DNA from: Candidatus Thiosymbion ectosymbiont of Catanema sp. Cochon2018 | GTDB taxonomy: Bacteria > Pseudomonadota > Gammaproteobacteria > Chromatiales > Chromatiaceae | NCBI GenBank assembly: GCA_011392765.1 | Contig: WYCW01000004.1 | Span: forward strand, 573,846-637,845 | Direction: 5' to 3' | DNA: 64,000 bases | Shown: piece by piece, positions 1-7,800 of the stretch | Layout: every line of letters starts with the position of its first letter | How positions within the stretch are numbered: the stretch's first letter is position 1 | Translations under genes and position numbers: made by a program | Notes under the pieces: generated by a model | The model's database searches: none | What the model was told of the DNA's origin: nothing | The model's input: the letters and a program-made list of their open reading frames with translations, nothing else

Positions 1-912
1 CTCGGTTGGCCATTCGCTCTGTTCAAGCTGGCGGCGGCCTTTGTGACGGGCATGATCGGCGGTGCCCTGGTCAACCGCTTCACCGCGCCCGATGCCGAAC
101 CTCGATCCGCGTCCGTTGCGACTGCCGCCGAGCCGGGCGCGGGGGGCATTCGGGGGGCCTTGCGCTACAGCCTGTTCGAGCTCTTGGCGGCGATCGACCT
201 GTGGGTCTTGGCGGGGGTCCTGGTAGCGGCCTTGATCGCCACCTTTATCCCCCCCGACTATCTGGCTGGCCGGACCTGGGCCCAGGGCCTCGGCGGCATG
301 TTGCTCGTGTTGGCCATTTCGATTCCCCTCTATGTCTGTACCACCGGCTCGGTGCCGATTGCCGCCTCCCTCATCGCGGCAGGCATGCCGGCGGGTACGG
401 CCCTGGTCTTTCTGATGGCCGGACCGGCCACCAATGTGGCGACGCTCGGGGCCGTTTATCGGGTGCTGGGGACCCGGGTCCTGGCGATCTACCTGGGAAC
501 CGTGATCCTGATGAGCATCCTGCTGGGGCTCGGCTTCGATTGGTTACTCCAAGGGGTCCAAGTCGAAGAAGGATCTCACACCCACGGCATCGATTGGATC
601 GCGATCGGTTCCGCCCTGCTTCTGAGTGGGCTGCTTGCCTATCTGTTGGGGCTTCGTCTCAAGGCGAGGATCCGGGGGTGGTGCGACCCGGCACCGGGAG
701 GGGACTTTATGCTCAAGGTAGAAGGCATGTCTTGCGGCCACTGCGTGGCCAGCGTGAAAAAATCCTTAGAAAGGGTTGCGACCGTCAGCGAGGCCACACC
801 GGACCTGGCTTCCGGGCTGGTACGAGTGCGTGGTGACCACTTGGACGTCACTGACTTGATCCGGGCCGTGGAAAAGGCCGGATTTCGCGCCTCGGAGCCC
901 CGGAGAGCCTAA
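1..912 (+). CDS. Multi-pass permease (DUF318 / SO_0444-like putative metal transporter) fused to a C-terminal heavy-metal-associated (HMA) domain; 5' end cut by window edge
   Basis: Frame is open from nt 1 (ORF track 43..912). Translation is hydrophobic and multi-helix. The last ~65 aa (FMLKVEGMSCGHCVASVKKSLE...) carry the MxCxxC HMA metal-binding motif. Confidence 0.75.
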   Translation, partial: LGWPFALFKLAAAFVTGMIGGALVNRFTAPDAEPRSASVATAAEPGAGGIRGALRYSLFELLAAIDLWVLAGVLVAALIATFIPPDYLAGRTWAQGLGGMLLVLAISIPLYVCTTGSVPIAASLIAAGMPAGTALVFLMAGPATNVATLGAVYRVLGTRVLAIYLGTVILMSILLGLGFDWLLQGVQVEEGSHTHGIDWIAIGSALLLSGLLAYLLGLRLKARIRGWCDPAPGGDFMLKVEGMSCGHCVASVKKSLERVATVSEATPDLASGLVRVRGDHLDVTDLIRAVEKAGFRASEPRRA

Positions 913-976
913 CCTCTACTCCCCTATCCGTCGCCTAAAGGCGAGGGGTTTACAGATCCCCTCTTGGGGACTCTTA

Positions 977-1123
977 AGAGGCTGTCTAAAAACGAACACA
1001 TTGATTTTAAATCGGTAGGTTGGGGGGCAAGGAACGACCCCCGGCGTTGGTTATTGCCGGGTTTTGGCCGTCCCTGGCCGCAACCCAGCCTACGGCCTAC
1101 GGTCCCTTTTTAGACAGTCTCTA
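977..1123. mobile_element. MITE-like element, family A (terminal inverted repeats AGRGGCTGTCTAAAAA ... TTTTTAGACAGTCTCT), copy 1
   Basis: ~147 bp unit bounded by 16-nt inverted termini. A near-identical copy lies at 52288-52434, a variant-core copy at 40507-40651, a truncated inverted copy at 26202-26275 and a solo terminus at 15349-15366. Confidence 0.6.
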
Positions 1124-1129
1124 AACATC

Positions 1130-1399
1130 TCATTGCTTGATCTGTTCCCGGATGGTGCGTTCGTACTCGGGGAAGTAGCGTCCAATGACCGGTAGGTCAA
1201 ATTGGCCGAGGATACTGGTATTGGGTTCGCGCTCCAGGAGAAACTCAAAGGATTTGCGTACCAGTTCCTCCGGGGTGAGCTTGCCGAGCGTCAGCTTCCG
1301 ATGATAGTCGGGACTGACGGTCACCCTGTGGGTCGTGCGTGTGGACCCCGCAACTGTTACCTGAAATGTCGTCTGGTCGAGCGCTGAAACCTCGATCAT
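1130..1399 (-). CDS. Small conserved hypothetical protein (89 aa)
   Basis: Clean ORF with non-repetitive, balanced composition (MIEVSALDQTTFQVTVAGSTRTTHRVTVSPDYHRKLT...FEFLLEREP...). I recognise no catalytic motif. Confidence 0.55.
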   Translation of the reverse strand: MIEVSALDQTTFQVTVAGSTRTTHRVTVSPDYHRKLTLGKLTPEELVRKSFEFLLEREPNTSILGQFDLPVIGRYFPEYERTIREQIKQ

Positions 1400-1544
1400 C
1401 GTTTTCTCCTCAAAATTTCCGGGGATGGGTCCAGCATATCGAACATGAAACGCGATTCAAATCCCCTGTGAACGGGAGCAGCCTTGGATGGCAGGGCACT
1501 GAGAGGGGGTGCCGGGGCAAGCGCACAGACACCACCAGCTGAGC

Positions 1545-1995
1545 TCTAGGATCCTTGAGGGACCCAAATCTTTACCAATGAGTCAAGTTTGTGCCGTGCA
1601 CAAATCGGGATCGGGATCGGGATCGGGATCGAAATCGAGATTCCGATTGCGATACCGATTTCGATTTCGATTTCGACCTACCTTAGCTCTTCAATGGCTG
1701 GTTGGGCGTAGGAGATGGGGCCTTACGGGAGAGGGATTTTTTGGGGCCTCATGCCTCGTCGGTCTGGGGTAAAGCCTCGCTAGGATTCCTTGACGGACCC
1801 GCATCTTTACAAATGAGTCAAGTTCTGCGGGCGCAGGGAACAGGAACCACGAAAGGCACGAAAAACACGAAAGGATACGAATCCACACGAATGAGAGTTC
1901 GTGTCCTTTCGTGCTTTTCGTGGTTTTTTTAGTTCCCGTACAAAAATTCACGCCTCGTCGGTCTGAGGCAGAGCCTCGCTAGGATTCGGAAAAGC
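1545..1995. repeat. Intergenic repeat cluster: box2(rc), GATCGG/GATTTCG word hairpin (1604-1677), box1+box2(rc) (1745-1835), CACGAA word hairpin (1845-1926), box1(rc) (1950-1990)
   Basis: Direct reading. Arms such as ccacgaaaggcacgaaaaacacgaaagg / cctttcgtgcttttcgtgg are reverse complements. The box sequences recur elsewhere in the window. Confidence 0.85.
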
Positions 1996-2552
1996 GTTGG
2001 CGGTGAAAGGGGGGCTCGATCATCCCTCACATTCGTTCGTCATCGACAGGAAAGAGGCGAGTGAGTCGTATGCCGAGGCCGTGTTTTCGGGAGGGTTTGT
2101 ACAGGCCCACTCAGCCTGCATGGAAATCCGGTTGACGGGAAAGCCCGGATAAACTAGGGTTGCCTCAGATTTCAGCGCACAGGGTATCCAAGGTTCCGAA
2201 CCATTCACGGAAAGCAGTATATTCGCCATCCCGCTCCGGGTCCGTATCCGGGGTTTGCCTGTGGGCCCTGTTCGCTCAGTCCGTCCGCGCTCGTTCCGAC
2301 GCTTCCGCTAACGGCATTCCCCGTCGGTCCAATGGCGTTATCCGCGTCCGGCGGATAGACCTTCGCGGTAGAGACGTGCTTTCCGGATCGGATTCGAGGA
2401 TTCTCTAAGGATACCAAGTGCCGGAGGACCGCTGGCGTCGCAAGCGGTTGGCAGGATACGGTGGTACAAAGCCGTTCACTATTGCCTGACCTGTGCATTG
2501 GTCGGGCGACGGTGTCAGGTCGATCAATGCACAATTGGCACGAGAGAATGCG

Positions 2553-2828
2553 ATGCGGATCTACGCAGGAAACCTACCCTACAGCGTCACCGATGACGAG
2601 TTGCGGGAAAAATTCGCCGAATACGGCGAAGTGGCGGACGTACTGGTGGTCAAGGACCGGATATCCGGCCAGTCCAAGGGATTCGGCTTTGTGGACATGC
2701 CCAATGATTCCGAGGCCAACCAGGCCATCGAGGCACTGGACGATCAGCCTTTCACGTCCCATAGCGACTCCTCTGCAAAGCCCCGAAAGCTGAAAGTCAA
2801 CAAGGCCCGACCCAAGGCCAATACCTGA
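2553..2828 (+). CDS. RRM-type (RNP-1/RNP-2) RNA-binding protein
   Basis: MRIYAGNLPYSV (RNP-2) and KGFGFVDM (RNP-1) motifs. I prefer the ATG at 2553, preceded by gagaga, over the longer ORF start at 2493. Confidence 0.85.
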   Translation: MRIYAGNLPYSVTDDELREKFAEYGEVADVLVVKDRISGQSKGFGFVDMPNDSEANQAIEALDDQPFTSHSDSSAKPRKLKVNKARPKANT

Positions 2829-2853
2829 AACGCCGGTGGCGGCGGATGCATCG

Positions 2854-2890
2854 GTGTGCCGTCCCGCGGGGACTGCACACCTTTGTTCGT
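2854..2890 (+). terminator. Possible intrinsic terminator between convergent RRM gene and ubiD
   Basis: GC-rich stem gtgtgccgtccc / ggggactgcacac with one mismatch, followed by ctttgtt. The T-tract is weak. Confidence 0.3.
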
Positions 2891-2956
2891 CTGCCACGGT
2901 CCGGGAAGGCAAATCGAAGTCGAGTAGCCCCGGTTGGCGAGGTGCCGGGGGCGAGA

Positions 2957-4423
2957 TCAATCGATCCCGAGGCTGCTCCAGCGTGCGTCCACCCGGTGCT
3001 TGATGTGTTCGTCCATACGGATGGGTCGGCCCCACTCTCGTTGGGTCTCCCCACGCCACTTGTTGGTGGCGTCGAAGCCGATCTTGGAGCCGAGTCCCGA
3101 CACCGGAGAGGCGAAGTCCAGGTAGTCGATCGGCGTGCGCTCCACGATCACCGTGTCCCGCGCCGGGTCCATGCGCGTGGTCATGGCCCAAATGACGTCC
3201 TTCCAGTCCCTGGCGTTCACGTCTTCGTCCACGACGATCACGAACTTGGTATACATGAACTGGCGCAGGAACGACCAGACGCCCAGCATCACGCGCTTGG
3301 CGTGCCCTGGGTATTGTTTCCTCATGCTGACCACCGCCAACCGGTAGGAGCAGCCTTCCGGCGGCAGGTAGAAGTCGAGTATCTCCGGAAACTGTTTTTG
3401 CAGGATGGGGACGAAGACCTCGTTGAGCGCCACACCCAGGATAGCCGGCTCGTCCGGCGGCCGGCCCGTGTAGGTACTGTGGTAGATGGGATCACGGCGC
3501 TGACTGATGCGTTCGATGGTGAAGACGGGGAAGCTTTCGACCTCATTGTAATAGCCGGTGTGATCGCCGAAGGGACCCTCGGCAGCCGTGTCCTCGGGAT
3601 AGATGTGGCCTTCGAGCACCAGCTCGGCGTTCGCGGGCACCTGCAGCTCGTTGCCGATACCCTCGGTAACCTCCGTGCGGCTGTCCCGCAGCAGACCGGC
3701 GAAGGCGTACTCGGACAATCCGTCGGGTATCGGGGTGACGGCGGCAAGTATGGTGGCCGGGTCCGCTCCCAAGGCGACGGACAGGGGAAAGGGTTCATCC
3801 GGGTGTTGCAGACGCCACTCCCGAAAGTCCAGGGCACCGCCACGATGGGCCAGCCAGCGCATGATGACCCGATTAGTGCCCAACACCTGCATGCGATAAA
3901 TGCCTAAATTCTGGCGCGGCTTGTCCGGTCCCCGGGTCACGACCAGTCCCCAGGTGATGAGGGGCCCCGCATCCCCCGGCCAGCAGGTCTGGATGGGTAA
4001 TCGGCCCAGATCGACCCCCGTTCCTTCGTGCACGACCTCCCGACAGGCCGGACTACCGATCCGTTTGGGCGCCATGTCGAGCACCTTTTTGAAGATCGGG
4101 AGCTTCCGCCAGGTATCCTTCATCCCCTGGGGCGGCTCCGGCTCCTTGAGGAAGGCCAGCGTCTTGCCGACCTCCCGCAGGGCACCGACGGACTCCTCCC
4201 CCATCCCCAGTGCCACCCGCTTGGTGGTACCGAAGAGATTACCCAGGAGCGGAATCCGGGATCCCTTCGGCCGCTCGAACAACAGGGCGGGTCCCCCCGC
4301 ACGCAAGGTACGGTCACAGATCTCGGTGATCTCGAGATAGGGATCGACCTCGACGGAGACGCGCTTGAGCTCGCCCCGCTGCTCGAGCTGGGCGATGAAA
4401 TCTCTCAGGTCTTTGTAGTGCAT
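2957..4423 (-). CDS. ubiD: UbiD-family decarboxylase (4-hydroxy-3-polyprenylbenzoate decarboxylase)
   Basis: 488 aa. The N-terminus [22 protein letters not shown]...[12 protein letters not shown] and overall length are typical of UbiD. Confidence 0.9.
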   Translation of the reverse strand: MHYKDLRDFIAQLEQRGELKRVSVEVDPYLEITEICDRTLRAGGPALLFERPKGSRIPLLGNLFGTTKRVALGMGEESVGALREVGKTLAFLKEPEPPQGMKDTWRKLPIFKKVLDMAPKRIGSPACREVVHEGTGVDLGRLPIQTCWPGDAGPLITWGLVVTRGPDKPRQNLGIYRMQVLGTNRVIMRWLAHRGGALDFREWRLQHPDEPFPLSVALGADPATILAAVTPIPDGLSEYAFAGLLRDSRTEVTEGIGNELQVPANAELVLEGHIYPEDTAAEGPFGDHTGYYNEVESFPVFTIERISQRRDPIYHSTYTGRPPDEPAILGVALNEVFVPILQKQFPEILDFYLPPEGCSYRLAVVSMRKQYPGHAKRVMLGVWSFLRQFMYTKFVIVVDEDVNARDWKDVIWAMTTRMDPARDTVIVERTPIDYLDFASPVSGLGSKIGFDATNKWRGETQREWGRPIRMDEHIKHRVDARWSSLGID

Positions 4424-4630
4424 TGGAATTGTGAGAACCGCAGTTGGGTAGTGTCGTAACTCTGTTGTTTCCGAGATGTAAGGTATTGATTAGCATGTCT
4501 ATTTGAACCCCGAGAAACAAAATTAGAACACTACCCCGCAGTTGTAGGCGTAGACCGACTCCCAGCCGAGCTGCTGCTCCGGATGCTCGGCCGTGGTCCG
4601 CTGGACGAGGGTGTCTTCGGTATAGGCCAA

Positions 4631-5878
4631 TCAAACATCCTCCCAAAGACCGGCTATGGGCACGGCGTACCGATTTTTGCCGAAGGGGACGACGGCGTCT
4701 CCGTCATACAGTACCACCCCGGCCGCGAAACGCCGCCCCACCGCGTCCGCGAGTCTCCGCAGCCCCTTGAAGTCGTCCGAGGTCACTGTCGAGGCTGCCT
4801 TGACCTCGACCCCCGCCAGTTTGCCGACCGCCTCCAGCACCATGTCCACCTCGATTTGGTCCTTGTCGCGGAAATGACTGAAGGACAAGGCTTCTTCCTG
4901 CCAGGTGGCCTGCCGCCGCAGCTCCTGGTAGATGAAGGTTTCCAGCACCTGCCCGAACAGGGCGCGGTCGTCCCATAAAGTCGAGGCGTTCAGGCCGAGA
5001 AGAGCACATACCAGCCCGGTATCGCCCAGATGCAGCTTGGGCGTTTTGATCAGGCGTTTCAGCCGGCTACTGTGCCAGGGCGGCAGTTCATCCAGCAGGA
5101 AGATCCGCGACAACAGCGTGATGTACTCGCGAATGGTCGGGCGGCTCACCTGAAAGGGCGCGGCCAGATTGGACACATTCAACAGCCGAGCTGTCTGACC
5201 GGCGGCCAGTGCCAGCAGGCGCGGCAGGGCATCCGGCAGGCTGATGTGGGTAAGATCGCGAACATCGCGCTGAACCAGGGTATCGGCATAGTCCCTGTAC
5301 CAGGCCGTTCGTCGCCGCACCGTGGCTCGCCTCAGCGCCGCCGGAAACCCGCCCGCCGTCACGCGCTCCGCCAGCAACCGGCCCAGCCGCCTCCCGACGA
5401 TACCCGCCTTGAATCCCCCTCCAAACAATGTCGGCAGGAAACCGGTCGATCCCCCTGCAATCTCCGCCTGGGCCATCGGATGCAGGCGCAGGATCTCCAT
5501 GCGGCCGGCCAGCGAATCGGCAAGCCTCGGAACGAGCAGCACATGGGCCGAGCCGGTCAGGATAAAACGCCCGGCTTCCCGCCGGGCATCCACCGCGGCC
5601 TTCAACGACGTGAACAATTCCGGGACCCGCTGCACTTCATCCAGGATCACCCGCTCCGGGAGATCGGCGACATATCCCACCGGATCCGCCTGCGCCGCGG
5701 CCCGCTGCACGTCATCGTCAAAGCTGAGATAGGCATACCCCTCCGCAGCGCCCACCTGCCGGGCCAGCGTCGTCTTGCCGCTCTGTCGCGGCCCATGAAT
5801 CAGCACCACGGGCGAATCCGCCAATGCCTCCATTACCCGCGGCCGGAGGTATCTGGGGTAGAGATCGGCTTCCTGCAT
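4631..5878 (-). CDS. AAA+ ATPase with DUF4143-type C-terminal region
   Basis: Walker A GPRQSGKTT and a Walker B-like VILDEVQ. At 415 aa the architecture is typical of the stand-alone 'ATP-binding protein, DUF4143' family. Confidence 0.8.
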   Translation of the reverse strand: MQEADLYPRYLRPRVMEALADSPVVLIHGPRQSGKTTLARQVGAAEGYAYLSFDDDVQRAAAQADPVGYVADLPERVILDEVQRVPELFTSLKAAVDARREAGRFILTGSAHVLLVPRLADSLAGRMEILRLHPMAQAEIAGGSTGFLPTLFGGGFKAGIVGRRLGRLLAERVTAGGFPAALRRATVRRRTAWYRDYADTLVQRDVRDLTHISLPDALPRLLALAAGQTARLLNVSNLAAPFQVSRPTIREYITLLSRIFLLDELPPWHSSRLKRLIKTPKLHLGDTGLVCALLGLNASTLWDDRALFGQVLETFIYQELRRQATWQEEALSFSHFRDKDQIEVDMVLEAVGKLAGVEVKAASTVTSDDFKGLRRLADAVGRRFAAGVVLYDGDAVVPFGKNRYAVPIAGLWEDV

Positions 5879-5902
5879 AGCGTCTCATTGTAACTCCGGC
5901 GC

Positions 5903-5962
5903 CGTCCAATTGAAAGTTTTGAGACGTCCAATTGAAAGTTTGTAGCCGTCCAATTGCAAATT
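5903..5962. promoter_or_regulatory. Three phased direct repeats CGTCCAATTG(A/C)AA(G/A)TT, 22 bp apart, immediately upstream of the ATPase start codon
   Basis: Copies start at 5903, 5925 and 5947. The last copy ends ~25 nt from the ATG at 5878 on the minus strand. Confidence 0.5.
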
Positions 5963-5991
5963 TGGCCCCGTCTGATAGAAAAGCTACAAAC

Positions 5992-6064
5992 GAAGTGTGA
6001 AGTGTGAAGTGTGAAGTGTGAAGTGTGAAGTGTGAAGTGTGAAGTGTGAAGTGTGAAGTGTGAA
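5992..6064. repeat. Perfect heptanucleotide tandem repeat (GAAGTGT)n, ~10 copies
   Basis: Direct reading. It generates the artefactual ORF 5833..6147 (HFTLHTS repeats). Confidence 0.95.
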
Positions 6065-6275
6065 ATCGAAAGACAGTTAGCCGTTTGCGTGAAGTTTTTG
6101 AAAGCTAGACATGCCGGGTTACGCCGCATTCGACCTTGCCGGCACATATCAACCTTGCGGCACGCGCCTAACCCAGCCTACCGACTGTGAAAGAATTTAC
6201 CGGGAAACGAAGAACCACGAATGGACACGAATGAACACGAATATTGTCTGCTCCCACGGGTGCGGAAGATGCTCA

Positions 6276-6479
6276 TCATTCATCCCTCTGCCCTAGTGGA
6301 ACGCCAGCGATGCCGGAGGTCAGCCGGAGCGGCTTGTTAGGCACTTTGTTTGCGATATGTGCAAATACATTGATACGGTTCTCGAGGTATTTTTGTTCTT
6401 CGGCCCATATCATGCCGTCTGTTTCCGCAGAAATACGATCACGGATGCTTCGCATCAACTTCACGGCTTCAATCTTCAT
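6276..6479 (-). CDS. Small protein translationally overlapping the PIN gene (possible antitoxin/partner)
   Basis: 67 aa, overlapping the PIN stop by 11 nt. The N-terminus MKIEAVKLMRSIRDRISAETDGM resembles small partner proteins I recall next to PIN/nucleotidyltransferase toxins. That resemblance is from recollection only. Confidence 0.45.
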   Translation of the reverse strand: MKIEAVKLMRSIRDRISAETDGMIWAEEQKYLENRINVFAHIANKVPNKPLRLTSGIAGVPLGQRDE

Positions 6480-6930
6480 ATCGCAATACCTCTACAGGAG
6501 TTCGAATCTCCAGGAGCGGATATCCAAGGCGGAGGTTTACGGAATTATATCCATGAATTCGCTCCAGGTTGACTATGTGTTTGAAGTTCCAGCTTACTAA
6601 AACATTTGCACGATGAATTGTGGCAGTTGCTATGTGCTGCGCATCTACGCGATTCTTTTTTGTTACAACGCCCTCTTGTAAATACTCGTCGGCCAACTCA
6701 CTCGCGTCTTGCGAAAACTCGATGTACTCGATGAATTCGGATGGAACGGTCTCGACTATTTTTTGAACTGAGACTGGCGCAGATTCAAGTTCAGCCAGGG
6801 TCAAATCGGACAAAACGATCATTGACGAACCAGATCGGAAACTTTCAAAAAGCGCAATAGAACCCTCGGAAAACTCCGTATCGAGACACCCACCGATTAC
6901 TGATGTGTCCGTATAAATTCTTGTCTTCAT
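6469..6930 (-). CDS. PIN-domain protein (VapC-like putative toxin)
   Basis: 153 aa. It has the N-terminal acidic motif IYTDTSVIGG and a distal DAQHIATA motif, in a locally AT-rich patch. Confidence 0.7.
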   Translation of the reverse strand: MKTRIYTDTSVIGGCLDTEFSEGSIALFESFRSGSSMIVLSDLTLAELESAPVSVQKIVETVPSEFIEYIEFSQDASELADEYLQEGVVTKKNRVDAQHIATATIHRANVLVSWNFKHIVNLERIHGYNSVNLRLGYPLLEIRTPVEVLRYED

Positions 6931-7054
6931 GGATTAGATCGAGTTGCCGTATATGGACTCGCCTACACAGGATTCAGGCTGTTATGAGTCGGTTAAAGGA
7001 TCTATTAACCGATAGCTATTAACTAACCGATAAATTCTTACAGTTATCTATCTT

Positions 7055-7800
7055 TATTCTAGCGAGGCTTCGCCTCAGACCAACGAGACGTGAATTTTTG
7101 TACGGAAATCAAAAAACCACGAAAAGCACGAAAGGACACGAACCCTGAGGTATCCCCACATTATTGCTAGCTAAAACAACAAGTTCGCGTAGGTTGGGCA
7201 AAGCCGTAGGATGCGGTGAGCGCGGCAGGTCATTCAGGATGGCACCACAAGGAGGCGCGAACCGCATCAATGGACGCCCCGCCAGCGGCGAATCGCATCT
7301 TTGGATGGCCCGTGCCCAACACCCTGCTGGCCTGCGGAATTTAAACCACAGAGGACACCGAGAACACAGAGAAGAGAGTAGGCCAACTCTGTGTTCTCGG
7401 TGTCCTCTGTGGTTCAAAATCAAGCGGTGCACACAAAACTTGACCCATTTGTAAAGATTCGGGTCCCTCAAGGATCCTAGCGAGGCTTCGCCTCAGACCG
7501 ACGAGGCGTGAATTCTTTTTAACCACAGAGGACACAGAGCACACAGAGATGGAAATGCGATCAGCCCAAGTAGAATACGGTTGATTGATCAATTGCAATG
7601 TCCGCCGTCCGGTCGAGGGTGTTGAACGCGATCGCGTCTGATTCTCTGTGTACTCGGTGTTCTCTGTGGTGAATAAAGAGAGGTCGCAACGACTCGTACC
7701 CTGCGCGTGAGGCTTCGCCTTCAGACTGGTAAGGCATGAATTTTTTGTGCCGTGCAAAAACTCGACTCGTTTGTAAAGTTGCGGGTCCCTCAAGGATCCT
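7055..7800. repeat. Intergenic repeat cluster: box1, half CACGAA array, GTAGGTTGGGCAAAG REP (7189-7322), CACAGAG hairpin (7343-7413), box2+box1 (7427-7514), split CACAGAG hairpin (7521-7671), box1-like+box2 (7690-7800)
   Basis: Direct reading of inverted and direct repeats. All ORFs predicted here translate repeat words such as NHRGHREHR. Confidence 0.85.

Noticed and set aside
6-836. 276-aa ORF in an alternative frame of the permease-HMA gene.
   Set aside because: It gives a Gly/Arg/Pro-rich translation, while the 43..912 frame gives a coherent membrane protein plus an HMA motif.
1604-1677. Whether the short-period arrays are CRISPR arrays.
   Set aside because: The units are 6-11 nt with no unique spacers, the arrays are only 3-10 units long and are arranged as inverted arms, and no cas genes lie in the window.
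2846-3907. Long ORFs antisense to, or out of frame with, real genes. Examples are 2846..3907 +, 8264..9640 +, 8187..9011 -, 14010..15152 +, 25083..25901 -, 27248..28177 -, 32185..33447 +, 33953..35527 -, 37487..38419 +, 37650..38501 -, 43152..44210 -, 50373..51344 -, 52953..53792 - and 56252..57559 +.
   Set aside because: Their translations are Arg/Pro/Gly/His-rich low-complexity sequence without motifs. Each fully overlaps a gene with clear family signatures on the other strand or frame. Stop-poor shadow ORFs like these are expected in GC-rich DNA.
4434-4547. An AT-rich ~110 bp segment between ubiD and the ATPase gene, flanked by CCGCAGTTG direct repeats and a GGTAGTGT/ACACTACC inverted pair. 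It could be a small insertion or an sRNA.
   Set aside because: The matches are only ~9 nt long, there is no second copy in the window and no promoter or terminator signature I can defend. Chance cannot be excluded.
5833-6147. ORFs lying in repeat DNA: 5833..6147 (HFTLHTS repeats), 1509..1772, 1691..1951, 7109..7471, 7341..7793, 10334..10612, 16860..17084, 26654..27085, 29013..29288, 33473..34045 and 40735..40986.
   Set aside because: They translate tandem words or palindromic elements, giving peptides such as NHRGHREHR or TKGTKNTKG. The same 'peptides' appear wherever the repeat occurs, and in both orientations.
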